A stretch of 64,000 nt of DNA from assembly GCA_965541585.1 (NCBI GenBank), contig CBEUCH010000001.1:192001-256000 (forward strand), read 5' to 3'. Shown in pieces: positions 26,532 through 36,560 of this stretch. Source of the DNA: an uncultured bacterium (lineage in GTDB: Bacteria; Zixibacteria; MSB-5A5; UBA10806). The notes below the pieces were generated by a model, which saw only the letters and a list, made by a program, of their open reading frames with translations, ran no database searches and was not told the origin of the DNA. Made by a program: the position numbers and the translations under genes. Every line of letters starts with the position of its first letter. Position 1 is the first letter of the stretch.

Positions 26532-29384
26532 TTGAGAATCAGGAAGCTAACGTTTATTGCATCGGTCTTGATGATAGGTTCTATATTCGTCTCCGAGGTG
26601 AATTCCAAGACGACCATATTTCATCTCGAATCGCAAGGTCCGCTTCTTCCACAGACGGCGAGAATTGGAGATAAGAAGGCCGGCCATCAGATGGTTATAG
26701 AAAATATTCAGGCCCGGGCGACATTAGCTCAATCGGATTTCATATCGACTTTAGAATCGCTGAAAGCGGAGGGCAAGATAGAATCCTACCGGCGATTCTG
26801 GATAGTCAACGCCGTATCCGTGACCGGCAGCGCCGAGATCCTGGCTATTCTGGAGAAAAGACCTGATATAAAAGCGGTTTTCGATGATATCCCCATAGAT
26901 CTTATTGCACCTGTAGCCACAGGTGATGCGGTTATAATGTCCGCCGGGCCTGAGACGGGAATCAGGATTGTGAAGGCCCCGGAAGTCTGGGAATTGGGGC
27001 TTGACGGTTCAGGTAGCCTGGTCTGCAATTTTGACACAGGAGTATACGGCGATCATTCCGCGCTGATATCGAAATACAGAGGGAATAACGGCAGTGACCA
27101 TAGCGAATGCTGGTTCGATCCTTATTCCAATACAATTTACCCGATGGATAGCCATGGTCATGGCACACACACCATGGGTACTATGGTCGGATCGAGCGAT
27201 GGGGATACCGTCGGCGTCGCTCCCGGAGCACAGTGGATCGCCGCCGCAGTGGTGGATAGAGGCGGTGGTATCGAAAGATCCATATCAGATATCCTGGCGG
27301 CCTTCGAGTGGGCGGCCGATCCCGATGGCGATCCCTCGACCACGGATGACGTTCCCGATGTCATCAACAATTCCTGGGGGATTCCTCTGGGATATTACCC
27401 CGCCTGCGATCAAACCTTCTGGGAGGCGGTTGATAATCTCGAAGCCGCAGGGGTCGTCGTTCTTTTTGCCGCAGGCAACGAGGGTCCTTATCAAGGCACG
27501 ATTCGCACGCCGGCCGATAGAATTGCCACCGATTTCAACTGTTTTTCCGTGGGCGCAATAAATGGAACTCTGGACGATCTTCCCGTGGCAGGCTTCTCCA
27601 GCCGCGGGCCATCAGGATGCGATGATTTGGCTATCAAGCCCGAGGCTACGGCGCCGGGCGTGGCGATCCGCTCTACCAGCAGGACGGGCGGTTACGCAAC
27701 CATGTCGGGAACCTCCATGGCTACGCCGCACGTTGCAGGTGCTGTAGCGATCCTTCGGCAATTCAATCCCAGTGCCACCCCCGCGCAGATAAAACAAGCT
27801 CTGATGAATTCCGCAGCCGATCTCGGCTGGCCGGGTGAGGATAACGACTATGGATGGGGAGTTATCAATATCAGGCAAGCGCTCTATTTCATGCCTCCGC
27901 CGGAAGGCATTTTTCCTGCTCTGGTTTCGCTGGATATCTCAGGCGATGGTATTGCCGATCCGGGTGAGGAATTTCAGCTTGGAATAGAAATCGAAAACCT
28001 GGGCCGCCCCGCTCAGGATATTGTAGTAATTCTGACGGCACTCGATCCCAGAACGACTGTATTATCAGGTGAACTCCCGATAGATTACTTTGATCATCTC
28101 GATACGTTGACCGTGGGCGATTGGCTGGTTTCATTCGGTTCCGATATCACCATTGGCGAAAGACTGCCTTTCAGACTTGATTTTTCCTATTCGGATGGCT
28201 TGAAGGAATTAGACTTTTTTATCACGGCCGGAGGCCAGATCGAGCCTGGAGTAGCCACCCATGACAATGGACTTCTGGCTTTCAGTGTATCGAATATAGG
28301 CCAGTTTGGCCTAGGGCCGGAGTCTCTAAATCCGCTCGGAGGTGAGGGATTCAAGTATCCTGCCGACGGTCTCGATTTTCTAAGAAACGGATCGCTGGTG
28401 CTGGCCACCGATGCCTACCATGTATCCGACGGCGCCATATCATCCGATCCCGATGCCACCGATGATGATTTTGCTCCCGCCATCGGCGGATATCCTCGAA
28501 TCGCGGAACCGGGGCTATATTCCGACCAGGATGGATTTGCCATCTATTCCGACAGCGCCGCCGAGAATCTCATCGGTCTTCTAACAACCCAGAGAAGCTT
28601 CTGCTGGACTGCTCCCGATGCTTACCCATTCGTCACGGTGGAATTCACAATTGAGAATATATCCGGCGTTACAGTAGAATCGCTGTATGTTGGCATATTC
28701 TGCGACTGGGATCTGCCGTTATCCTCCGGAAGCGATGATATCGTGGGCTATATCGATTACGAATCGCTGGGGCATGTTACCGATCTATCGACGGGTGTCT
28801 CCGTGGGCGTGAAGACTATAACATCGCATGCCAGCTCCTATGCGGCCATCGACAACTCCGGACTCCTCGAAGACGGCTTTACGGATCAGGAGAAATTCGA
28901 CATGATGAGATCCGGATTTGATAATATCTCATATTCGATCCCCGGCAATTATTCCCATCTTATCACCGTCGGGCCATATAGAATCGATCCCGGAGAATTC
29001 GAGGTGGTAGCATTTGCCTTTGCGGCCGGCGACGATCTGAATCAACTCATAGCCAACGCCCAAATAGCATTTCTATTATATCCCGGCCTGACAGGAACGG
29101 AATCTGCAGAAGTGCTCCCGAAATCTTTTTCTGTGATCAGCAATTATCCCAACCCGTTTAACGGAAGCACGACTATAGAAGTCTCTGGAGATCTCCCGGA
29201 GAATCAGGTTTTGAATATTTATGATATCGCCGGCAGGCTGGTCAACGATTTGCCCCTGAACGACCGGGGCCGAGTCGTATGGGATGGCACCGACCGAAAC
29301 GGCGCCGAGGTGGCCGCCGGTATATATTTCGCAAAACTTTCCAATAGCGGTTCAGCGGTCAGAAAGATGATCTTTTTGAAATAG
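26532..29384 (+). CDS. secreted S8 protease (bacillopeptidase F-like) with C-terminal sorting domain
   Basis: I9-like FWIVNAV propeptide, DTGV, HGTHTMGTM, GVAPGAQWIAA, INNSWG, SGTSMATPHVAG; NYPNPFN...GIYFAKL...KMIFLK; TTG start after AAAGGGG. Confidence 0.92.
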   Translation: MRIRKLTFIASVLMIGSIFVSEVNSKTTIFHLESQGPLLPQTARIGDKKAGHQMVIENIQARATLAQSDFISTLESLKAEGKIESYRRFWIVNAVSVTGSAEILAILEKRPDIKAVFDDIPIDLIAPVATGDAVIMSAGPETGIRIVKAPEVWELGLDGSGSLVCNFDTGVYGDHSALISKYRGNNGSDHSECWFDPYSNTIYPMDSHGHGTHTMGTMVGSSDGDTVGVAPGAQWIAAAVVDRGGGIERSISDILAAFEWAADPDGDPSTTDDVPDVINNSWGIPLGYYPACDQTFWEAVDNLEAAGVVVLFAAGNEGPYQGTIRTPADRIATDFNCFSVGAINGTLDDLPVAGFSSRGPSGCDDLAIKPEATAPGVAIRSTSRTGGYATMSGTSMATPHVAGAVAILRQFNPSATPAQIKQALMNSAADLGWPGEDNDYGWGVINIRQALYFMPPPEGIFPALVSLDISGDGIADPGEEFQLGIEIENLGRPAQDIVVILTALDPRTTVLSGELPIDYFDHLDTLTVGDWLVSFGSDITIGERLPFRLDFSYSDGLKELDFFITAGGQIEPGVATHDNGLLAFSVSNIGQFGLGPESLNPLGGEGFKYPADGLDFLRNGSLVLATDAYHVSDGAISSDPDATDDDFAPAIGGYPRIAEPGLYSDQDGFAIYSDSAAENLIGLLTTQRSFCWTAPDAYPFVTVEFTIENISGVTVESLYVGIFCDWDLPLSSGSDDIVGYIDYESLGHVTDLSTGVSVGVKTITSHASSYAAIDNSGLLEDGFTDQEKFDMMRSGFDNISYSIPGNYSHLITVGPYRIDPGEFEVVAFAFAAGDDLNQLIANAQIAFLLYPGLTGTESAEVLPKSFSVISNYPNPFNGSTTIEVSGDLPENQVLNIYDIAGRLVNDLPLNDRGRVVWDGTDRNGAEVAAGIYFAKLSNSGSAVRKMIFLK

Positions 29385-29407
29385 AGTTTTCCACCCTCCC
29401 TCCTCTC

Positions 29408-29446
29408 ACAAATCCTCCGGACATGTTTCCGGGGGATTTGTTTTTT
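29408..29446 (+). terminator. intrinsic terminator
   Basis: ACAAATCCTCCGGA-catgtt-TCCGGGGGATTTGT followed by a T-run. Confidence 0.8.
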
Positions 29447-29470
29447 ATGGCGATGTAGTCGGTCAGGCAT

Positions 29471-29501
29471 GTTGCGGAGGGACGAGCGCCCTACCCGCAA
29501 C
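29471..29501. repeat. REP-like hairpin
   Basis: GTTGCGG..AGGG..CCCT.AC.CCGCAAC; the minus strand reads GTAGGGCGCTCGTCCC. Confidence 0.35.
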
Positions 29502-29590
29502 TGGAGATAATTAAATAAGCCTTGATCTTAACAATCTATAATAGTACTATCACTCTATAAATCTAACATCGTAACGAATCCGCAGGTTGT

Positions 29591-31174
29591 ATGAACGACG
29601 AAAAACCGGATAATGGCGAAAAGCCAAAAGCCCCCCAATGGCTGATAGACAATATCGCCGAGGCTTCTAAAAATACCCGTAAGATATATCTATTGTATCT
29701 CGGCTTTCTGGCTTACTGCGCGTTGACTGCGATCAGCACCACCGACCGTACTCTGGTCCTCAACGAACCGGCACACCTGCCGATCGTCAATGTCGGCGTG
29801 CCGCTTGAAGGATTCTTCTTCTTCGCGCCTATTCTGGCAATATTCACTTTCGTATATCTTCAGCTTAATCTCCAGAACCTGAATGGGCTTAAATCTAAAC
29901 TCAGAAAGGATTACCCTCATGTAAAAAAAGAGCGGATCTACCCCTGGTTGATAAACGTCGTGGATAACCGGGAACCGGGAGCGATGGGCGTAATACAACG
30001 GTTCGTCGTCAGTTTTTCGTTATGGTGGTCGCTGATAGTAGTTTTAATTATATTCGCTCTGTATTATGTGAAAAAACATGATATCGTCATGTCGTATATA
30101 TTGGGCTCTTTGCCGGTAATAGGTACATTCATCGTATTCTGGTTCAGGAGCAAATATGAATCGTTAGGATTTCGAAAATTCTTGCGGAAAGGCAAGATGA
30201 GACTAGCGGCCGGCATTATGATAGTAATGCTTGAGATCTTTTTTCTGGCTTTGATTATACCATGGTCCATGGAGGGCGGAAAATACTATTTTTTGGAACC
30301 GTGGCTATGTGTTGATTTGAGCTATCAAAAATTAGTAACAGAGCCGGAGACAGATTATGAGGGACTCTACTGGGCGGATTTCAACGGCGTACATCTGGAG
30401 GGTGCGAACTTAACATCAGCAATTTTGAAACGCGCTGATCTCTCAAATGCCCATTTAGAAATAGCAAATTTAAATAAAACGAATCTATTTAAAGCTGATT
30501 TAGAAAAAGCCAATTTACAAGGCGCTGATGGTCATGAGGCAGTATTGGACAGTGCCGACCTTTCCCGTGCGAATTTGAGACATGCAAGATTTGGTCTTGC
30601 ATTGTTGCGAGGAGCCGTTCTAGATAGGGCCAACCTTCAAGGAGCCTATTTAGCGTCTGCCAATCTTCAAGAAGCGCATTTATTTGACGCCAACCTTAAG
30701 GGAGCGGTTTTAAGTGAAGCCAACTTTAAAGGAGCGGTTTTATATAGTGCCGAACTTCAAGGAGCGAATTTAGAGGCTGCCGAACTTCAAGGAGCGGATT
30801 TACAGTTCGCCAACCTTCAAGATGCGAATTTAGTGAATGCCAACCTTCAAGGAGCATTTTTATTGACTACCCACCTTCAAGAAGCAATTTTACATTCTGC
30901 GAACCTTCAAGATGCGGATTTAACTGGAGCCCACCTTCAAGAAGCAAGATTATGGGATGCCAACCTTCAAGGAGCGGATTTAGAAGATGCCGACCTTCAA
31001 GGAGCGTTTTTAAAGTCGGTCGAGAATTTAACAATTGAGCAACTAGAAGGAGTCAAAACATTATATGAAGCGAGATTAGATTCTGCTCTTTTCGAGCAGG
31101 TCAAAATCGAATACCCCCATCTTCTGGAGCCGCCGGAAGAGGAAGAGGAGGGCGAATTTCCTTTTTACCCTTAG
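29591..31174 (+). CDS. membrane protein with C-terminal pentapeptide-repeat domain
   Basis: About 5 TM segments then a long A(N/D/E/H)LQ(G/E/D)A repeat tract; lower GC than the flanks. Confidence 0.9.
   Translation: MNDEKPDNGEKPKAPQWLIDNIAEASKNTRKIYLLYLGFLAYCALTAISTTDRTLVLNEPAHLPIVNVGVPLEGFFFFAPILAIFTFVYLQLNLQNLNGLKSKLRKDYPHVKKERIYPWLINVVDNREPGAMGVIQRFVVSFSLWWSLIVVLIIFALYYVKKHDIVMSYILGSLPVIGTFIVFWFRSKYESLGFRKFLRKGKMRLAAGIMIVMLEIFFLALIIPWSMEGGKYYFLEPWLCVDLSYQKLVTEPETDYEGLYWADFNGVHLEGANLTSAILKRADLSNAHLEIANLNKTNLFKADLEKANLQGADGHEAVLDSADLSRANLRHARFGLALLRGAVLDRANLQGAYLASANLQEAHLFDANLKGAVLSEANFKGAVLYSAELQGANLEAAELQGADLQFANLQDANLVNANLQGAFLLTTHLQEAILHSANLQDADLTGAHLQEARLWDANLQGADLEDADLQGAFLKSVENLTIEQLEGVKTLYEARLDSALFEQVKIEYPHLLEPPEEEEEGEFPFYP
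30629..31018 (+). repeat. 30-bp tandem DNA repeat encoding pentapeptide pairs
   Basis: About 13 units of GCCAACCTTCAAGGAGCG-N12 recurring at exact 30-nt period. Confidence 0.85.
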
Positions 31175-31228
31175 GATGTTGCTTCGTATCTATACTAAGG
31201 GATAGGTAAGCAGGCCACCCACCCAAAA

Positions 31229-31298
31229 GGACAGAACAATGTTCTGTCCCTACAAAAATATCCAAATGTCCGTAGGGGCGAGGTGACCTCGCCCCTAC
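31229..31298. repeat. GTAG-type REP palindromes
   Basis: GGACAGAACA-a-TGTTCTGTCC-CTAC (31229-31253) and perfect GTAGGGGCGAGGT-g-ACCTCGCCCCTAC (31272-31298). Confidence 0.7.
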
Positions 31299-31404
31299 AA
31301 TCTCATCCCAAAAAGTGAAAAGGAACCTATCCCTGTAAACCATAGTTCTATACTGAAATGAGACTTACAAGGATTTGCGTAAATAGGTTTTAGGGCAGGT
31401 TAAG

Positions 31405-33606
31405 TTGAAAAGATATTCAAGATTAGTATTAGCAGGAACCCTGCTTTCGGCTCTTATTATCCTGCTATTATTCATAAATCGGAAATGGACAAATGCCATG
31501 AATAATGAAACCACGGTGCATAAAAACCATCTGGCAAACGAAAAAAGCCCCTATCTGCTGCAGCATGCGGATAATCCCGTGAACTGGTACCCCTGGGGAG
31601 AAGAGGCGTTTGAAAAGGCCAGATTGGAAGATAAGCCGATATTCCTTTCCATAGGCTATTCCACCTGTCACTGGTGCCACGTGATGGAGCATGAATCGTT
31701 CGAGGATTCAATAGTTGCCGCTTTGATGAACGATGCCTTCATCGCGGTTAAGGTCGACAGGGAGGAGCGGCCGGATATCGATAACGTCTATATGAGCGCA
31801 TGCCGGATGATGACCGGCAGAGGCGGATGGCCTCTGACCATCATAATGACGCCCGATAGAAAACCGTTTTTTGCCGGCACCTATATCCCGAAAGAGAGCC
31901 GTTACGGCCGCATGGGTATGACAGAGCTTATCCCGCGAATAAAGCAGGCCTGGATTTCGCAACGAGGAGACCTGCTAAATTCGGCCGCCCAGGTGATTGA
32001 TCAGCTTGAACGTTCAACGGATTACGCTCCCGGCGGTGAATTGGGCGAATCGACGTTGCATTCCGCATACAGACAATTCCAGCAGAGTTTCGATAAGCGT
32101 AACGCCGGCTTCGGAAACTCCCCCAAATTCCCGACACCTCACAATTTTCTTTTTCTGCTTCGCTACTGGAAGAGAACCGGCAAACCAGAGGCCCTGGAGA
32201 TGGTGGAGAAGACCCTGCAGGCCATGAGAAGAGGCGGCATTTACGATCATGCAGGGTTTGGCTTTCACAGGTATTCCACTGACGCCCGGTGGCTGGTGCC
32301 GCATTTCGAGAAGATGCTGTATGACCAGGCGATGCTGGCCATGGCCTATACAGAAGCCTACCAGGCAACCGGTAAAAAGGAATATGAAAAGACGGCACGG
32401 GAGATTTTCACCTACGTCCTGCGGGATATGACCGACGCGGATGGCGGTTTCTATTCGGCGGAGGATGCCGACAGCGAAGGCGAGGAGGGGAAATTTTATT
32501 TCTGGAGTGTAGACGAGATCGGTGAAATCTTAAATGATGAAGAGGCAGGGCTGATCATAAAGCTTTACAACGTTCAGCAAGGCGGTAATTTCGAAGACCA
32601 GGCGAGCGGCCGGAAAACCGGGGAAAGTATCCTCCATCTTACCGGAACCTGGGCTGAGGAGGCGTCGCACCTTAAAATATCTGAAACGGCTCTTAAAAAT
32701 AAGGCCGAATCCGCTCTGAAGAAGCTTTTCGATGTTCGTGAGAAGAGAATTCATCCCTATAAGGATGATAAGGTATTGACTGACTGGAATGGCCTGATGA
32801 TCGCCGCCTTTGCCAAGGCGGCCCGCGCTTTCGATGAGCCGGAATATGCCCGGGCAGCAGGCCGCTCGGTTGAGTTCATACTGGAAAATCTTCGCCGAGA
32901 AGACGGACGGTTGCTACATCGATACCGCGACGGGCAGGCGGCCATAACCGGCAATCTGGAAGATTATGCCTTTCTAATCTGGGGATTGATCGAACTCTAC
33001 CAGGCAACATTCGATATCGGGTATCTGCAGACGGCCCTGCAATTGAACAATGATCTTACGAACCATTTCTGGGATCACGAAAACGGCGGATTTTATTTTA
33101 CTCCGGATGATGGAGAAGAGCTTTTAGTCAGACAAAAGGAGATTTACGACGGGGCTATACCGTCCGGCAATTCCGTAGCCGCATACAACGGGATCAGGTT
33201 GTCCCGGATGACAGGTAACAGCAGCTACGAGGAAATCGCCTCTCGAATAAATAGCCTGTTTTCAGGCAACGTCGGCAGATCGCCATCGGCGTTCACGTTG
33301 CTGCTGACAGCCCTGGATTTCGGTGTCGGACCTTCATATGAGGTTGTAATCGTGGGCAATGAAAATTCCGCCGAAACAAGGGAAATGATACTGGCTCTGT
33401 TTGGCTCTTTTTTACCCAATAAGGTGGTTATTTTAAGACCGGTTGATGATAGTATGTCGGAAATCACACATATCGCACCCTTCGTCCAGCACCAGACAAC
33501 TATCGATGGCAGAACCACGGTTTACGTCTGCCGGAATTATACGTGCAATCTACCTACCACTGATATCCAGCAGATGTTAGAGCAGTTACAGGCCGGGAAT
33601 CCCTGA
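31405..33606 (+). CDS. thioredoxin-like DUF255 / YyaL (SPATA20-like) protein
   Basis: [68 protein letters not shown]; alternative start ATG 31498. Confidence 0.93.
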   Translation: MKRYSRLVLAGTLLSALIILLLFINRKWTNAMNNETTVHKNHLANEKSPYLLQHADNPVNWYPWGEEAFEKARLEDKPIFLSIGYSTCHWCHVMEHESFEDSIVAALMNDAFIAVKVDREERPDIDNVYMSACRMMTGRGGWPLTIIMTPDRKPFFAGTYIPKESRYGRMGMTELIPRIKQAWISQRGDLLNSAAQVIDQLERSTDYAPGGELGESTLHSAYRQFQQSFDKRNAGFGNSPKFPTPHNFLFLLRYWKRTGKPEALEMVEKTLQAMRRGGIYDHAGFGFHRYSTDARWLVPHFEKMLYDQAMLAMAYTEAYQATGKKEYEKTAREIFTYVLRDMTDADGGFYSAEDADSEGEEGKFYFWSVDEIGEILNDEEAGLIIKLYNVQQGGNFEDQASGRKTGESILHLTGTWAEEASHLKISETALKNKAESALKKLFDVREKRIHPYKDDKVLTDWNGLMIAAFAKAARAFDEPEYARAAGRSVEFILENLRREDGRLLHRYRDGQAAITGNLEDYAFLIWGLIELYQATFDIGYLQTALQLNNDLTNHFWDHENGGFYFTPDDGEELLVRQKEIYDGAIPSGNSVAAYNGIRLSRMTGNSSYEEIASRINSLFSGNVGRSPSAFTLLLTALDFGVGPSYEVVIVGNENSAETREMILALFGSFLPNKVVILRPVDDSMSEITHIAPFVQHQTTIDGRTTVYVCRNYTCNLPTTDIQQMLEQLQAGNP

Positions 33607-33667
33607 TCGAAAGGTATCCGGCCTCAGTTTTGATCACCATTTAGAGCTTACCGAAAAGCTGATCGTG

Positions 33668-33741
33668 TGGCAGGCTGTTTGTTGAAGACTTCAGTTTACG
33701 ATGCAAAACGTTCTTGACATATTTTTTTAAGAATATATTTT
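33668..33741 (+). promoter_or_regulatory. sigma-54-like element followed by sigma-70-like promoter
   Basis: TGGCAGGCTGTTTGT (33668-33682; GG-N10-GT) and TTGACA at 33714 with an AT-rich -10 region. Confidence 0.4.
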
Positions 33742-33793
33742 ATAGTGTTGGATATTCTAAATTGGTGAGCCTCACCTTTTCTCTGGAGGAGTA

Positions 33794-36421
33794 ATGAAAT
33801 CGAAGGTTCTTATTATTATGTCGCTTCTTCTGGTGTCCCGTCTCGCAATGGCAGTCAGTCTGTCTCCAGAATCTCTGGAGAAATTAAAGGCCACCGGACA
33901 ACTCGAGCAGATAGTACAGATGATTGACGGGGCTATGGCGAAAGGCGTCTGGAAGCCCAATCCCGATCCCTATCTTTTTGGCGTTACTGCCGATGTAGAT
34001 ACGCTGCACTGCCTGATAATTCTCGTGGATTTTGTTGATAATCCTTACGACGCCCGCCGAGTTTCGGAACCTGAAGAATTCGACACTTTGCTTTTCTCAG
34101 AAGGCATAACCGATCCGGGCAGTATGACAGATTTCTATTTTGAGAATTCATACGGGCAGGCCCTCCTGGTGGGCCAGGTCACCCGCTGGTATAGGATGCC
34201 GGAAACCTATGAATATTATGTCAACCATAATAATGGATTCGGGAGTTATCCTCGCAACGCTCAACGGCTTACCGAGGATGCGGTTCTGGCAGCCGATCCC
34301 GATATCGATTTTTCGATATACGACAACGATGACGACGGTATGGTGGATGCTCTGTTCGTGGTCCACGCCGGGCCCGGAGCTGAGGACAGCGGCGGCAATC
34401 TGGATATGATCTGGTCTCATGCCTGGGTCACCAGCCATTACATTCCGCTGGATGATGTATATGTATATCGCTATACCATGGAGCCTGAGGAGACCAGTGG
34501 GGGCCAGCTGGTTACAATCGGAGTATTTTGCCATGAGTTTGGCCATGCTCTCGGCCTGCCGGATCTATATGATACCGATTATAGCTCAAGTGGAATGGGG
34601 TACTGGTCGGTTATGGCCGGTGGTTCCTGGGGGGGTGGCGGTGCCCGGCCCGTTCATTTCGATGCCTGGTGCAAGTATGATTTGGGATGGGTGAATCCAA
34701 CCGTGGTTGAAGAGCTTCTTGATGATGAGCAGATCGACGCCGTTGAGTTCGAGCCCGACGTTTACCAGTTATACAGCCTGGGGATACCGCATTATGAATA
34801 CTTCCTGGTGGAGAACAGGAGACGGCTGCTATTCGATTTTTCTATGCCGGGGGAGGGTCTAATAGTAATTCATGTAGACGAGAGGATACAGGATAACAGA
34901 AACGAAAATCACTACAAGGTAATTGTTGAACAGGCCGATGGGCAGTACAATCTCGAGAATGGCAGCGGAGCAGACGGAGGTGATCCTTACCCGGGCTATA
35001 CCGATAATCGTACGTTCGACGATTTCTCCAGGCCCGACGCCTGGCTTTATGACGGACAGCCCTCGGAGATAGCGGTGACCGATATCTCTGATTCCGACTC
35101 CACCATGTTCGCCGACCTGTCGGTGGAATATACCACACCCCTGTATCAGCTTCTGGATCTATCGTTTGACGAGACCAGCGGCAATGATAATCAGCGTCCT
35201 GAGCCGGGGGAGACTCTGGAATTGTTTTTCTCCGCACAGAACATAAGAGCGCTTGTGGATGATCTGACAGTTACCGGGAGCTGTTCTGATTCTCGCATCA
35301 TCTTTACGGATTCCATATCCTGGATAGGAAATACGCCGCCGGATGAGCCGTTTGATAACCAGGGCGATCCCATTGCCTTTTCGGTACCGGGAAATTTCCC
35401 TATCAGCTTCGTTGAGTTTATCCTGACATTCACCGCTCAGGACGGCGAGTTCGATCAGGAATTCAGGCAAAGAATTCTCGTAGGAATGCCCGACCTCCTG
35501 CTTGTCGATGACGACGGGGGACGGGATGAGAGCGAATATTTTATTTCAGCCATGGAAAACCTCGAACAAACTTATGATGTCTGGGATGTTTCGACCGAAG
35601 GCTCTCCGGCGTCTGTTCTGGGTGGATATTTGATGGTCATATGGTTTACGGGTGACAGCCGCCCGGAGCCGATGCCGACCGGGGATGTCGAGGCCCTGAC
35701 TGCCTATCTTGACAGTGGCGGGCGGCTACTTATGACGAGCCAGGATTTCGTGCAAAGGCTCTCCGAGAGGGGCGATGCTGCCGATCTGGCCCTTATAGAA
35801 GATTATCTAAAGGTCGACTACGAGACGAGGGAAACAGACGCCATGGTTTTTGGGGATGCGGGTACCGTATTTGACGGTCTCCAGTTTCTAACGGCGGGCA
35901 ACGGTGGCGCCGGGAACCAGGTTTCCCGGGATGCATTGATAATGATGAATGGCGGAATGCGGATGCTATCCTATGGAAGCGACAGGATCGCCGCCGTGGC
36001 TGCCATCAACGGTTATGCCGCAATGACTTTTGGATTCGGTATCGAGGCCATTTACAACGATTATTCCGGCTGGGACAACAGGGAAGATATCCTCGATGCG
36101 GCAATGAACTTCCTCTGGCAGGCCACCTCCGTCTCCGAGTCGGAGGATGTGATCCCGGTTAATATATCCTTAAGCCAGAACTATCCTAACCCGTTTAACC
36201 CGTCGACCGCGATTACATTTGACCTGCCGGTATCAGGGCCGGTCCGGTTGGTGATTTACGATCTCCTCGGACGGATGGTTGATATTCCGGTGGATGGTAA
36301 CCTCGATGCAGGAGGCCACAAAATAAGCTGGGATGGAAAGGATCGCCCGAGCGGTGTTTACTTTTATCGCTTGATTACATCAGATGAGACTGTTACAAGA
36401 CGCATGACGTTGCTAAAATAA
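33794..36421 (+). CDS. secreted M6-family (immune inhibitor A-like) metalloprotease with C-terminal sorting domain
   Basis: SD GGAGGAG; ILVDF.D, ENSYGQ, VHAGPG.E, IWSH, HEFGHALGLPDLYD, EYFLVENR; NYPNPFNP...SGVYFYRL...MTLLK. Confidence 0.93.
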   Translation: MKSKVLIIMSLLLVSRLAMAVSLSPESLEKLKATGQLEQIVQMIDGAMAKGVWKPNPDPYLFGVTADVDTLHCLIILVDFVDNPYDARRVSEPEEFDTLLFSEGITDPGSMTDFYFENSYGQALLVGQVTRWYRMPETYEYYVNHNNGFGSYPRNAQRLTEDAVLAADPDIDFSIYDNDDDGMVDALFVVHAGPGAEDSGGNLDMIWSHAWVTSHYIPLDDVYVYRYTMEPEETSGGQLVTIGVFCHEFGHALGLPDLYDTDYSSSGMGYWSVMAGGSWGGGGARPVHFDAWCKYDLGWVNPTVVEELLDDEQIDAVEFEPDVYQLYSLGIPHYEYFLVENRRRLLFDFSMPGEGLIVIHVDERIQDNRNENHYKVIVEQADGQYNLENGSGADGGDPYPGYTDNRTFDDFSRPDAWLYDGQPSEIAVTDISDSDSTMFADLSVEYTTPLYQLLDLSFDETSGNDNQRPEPGETLELFFSAQNIRALVDDLTVTGSCSDSRIIFTDSISWIGNTPPDEPFDNQGDPIAFSVPGNFPISFVEFILTFTAQDGEFDQEFRQRILVGMPDLLLVDDDGGRDESEYFISAMENLEQTYDVWDVSTEGSPASVLGGYLMVIWFTGDSRPEPMPTGDVEALTAYLDSGGRLLMTSQDFVQRLSERGDAADLALIEDYLKVDYETRETDAMVFGDAGTVFDGLQFLTAGNGGAGNQVSRDALIMMNGGMRMLSYGSDRIAAVAAINGYAAMTFGFGIEAIYNDYSGWDNREDILDAAMNFLWQATSVSESEDVIPVNISLSQNYPNPFNPSTAITFDLPVSGPVRLVIYDLLGRMVDIPVDGNLDAGGHKISWDGKDRPSGVYFYRLITSDETVTRRMTLLK

Positions 36422-36560
36422 TATTTGTAAAGACATCTCGGTCGATCAGTCTTTTAAGAGAGCATCTGGATGATGTCCTCTCGATGAGTTTGCGTGATGA
36501 GGTCTGTTCATCGATTAAAAACAACTTCTCATCATCCGCCGGCTCTGTCAGGAAGATAGT

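Noticed and set aside
30629..31018. 30-bp periodic array as a CRISPR array
   Set aside because: It lies in frame within a CDS, the variable part is only ~12 nt, and no cas genes are present
36430..36545. TGATGA-rich inverted repeats suggesting a hammerhead or other ncRNA
   Set aside because: No CUGANGA/GAAA core in the proper arrangement, and the stems are short
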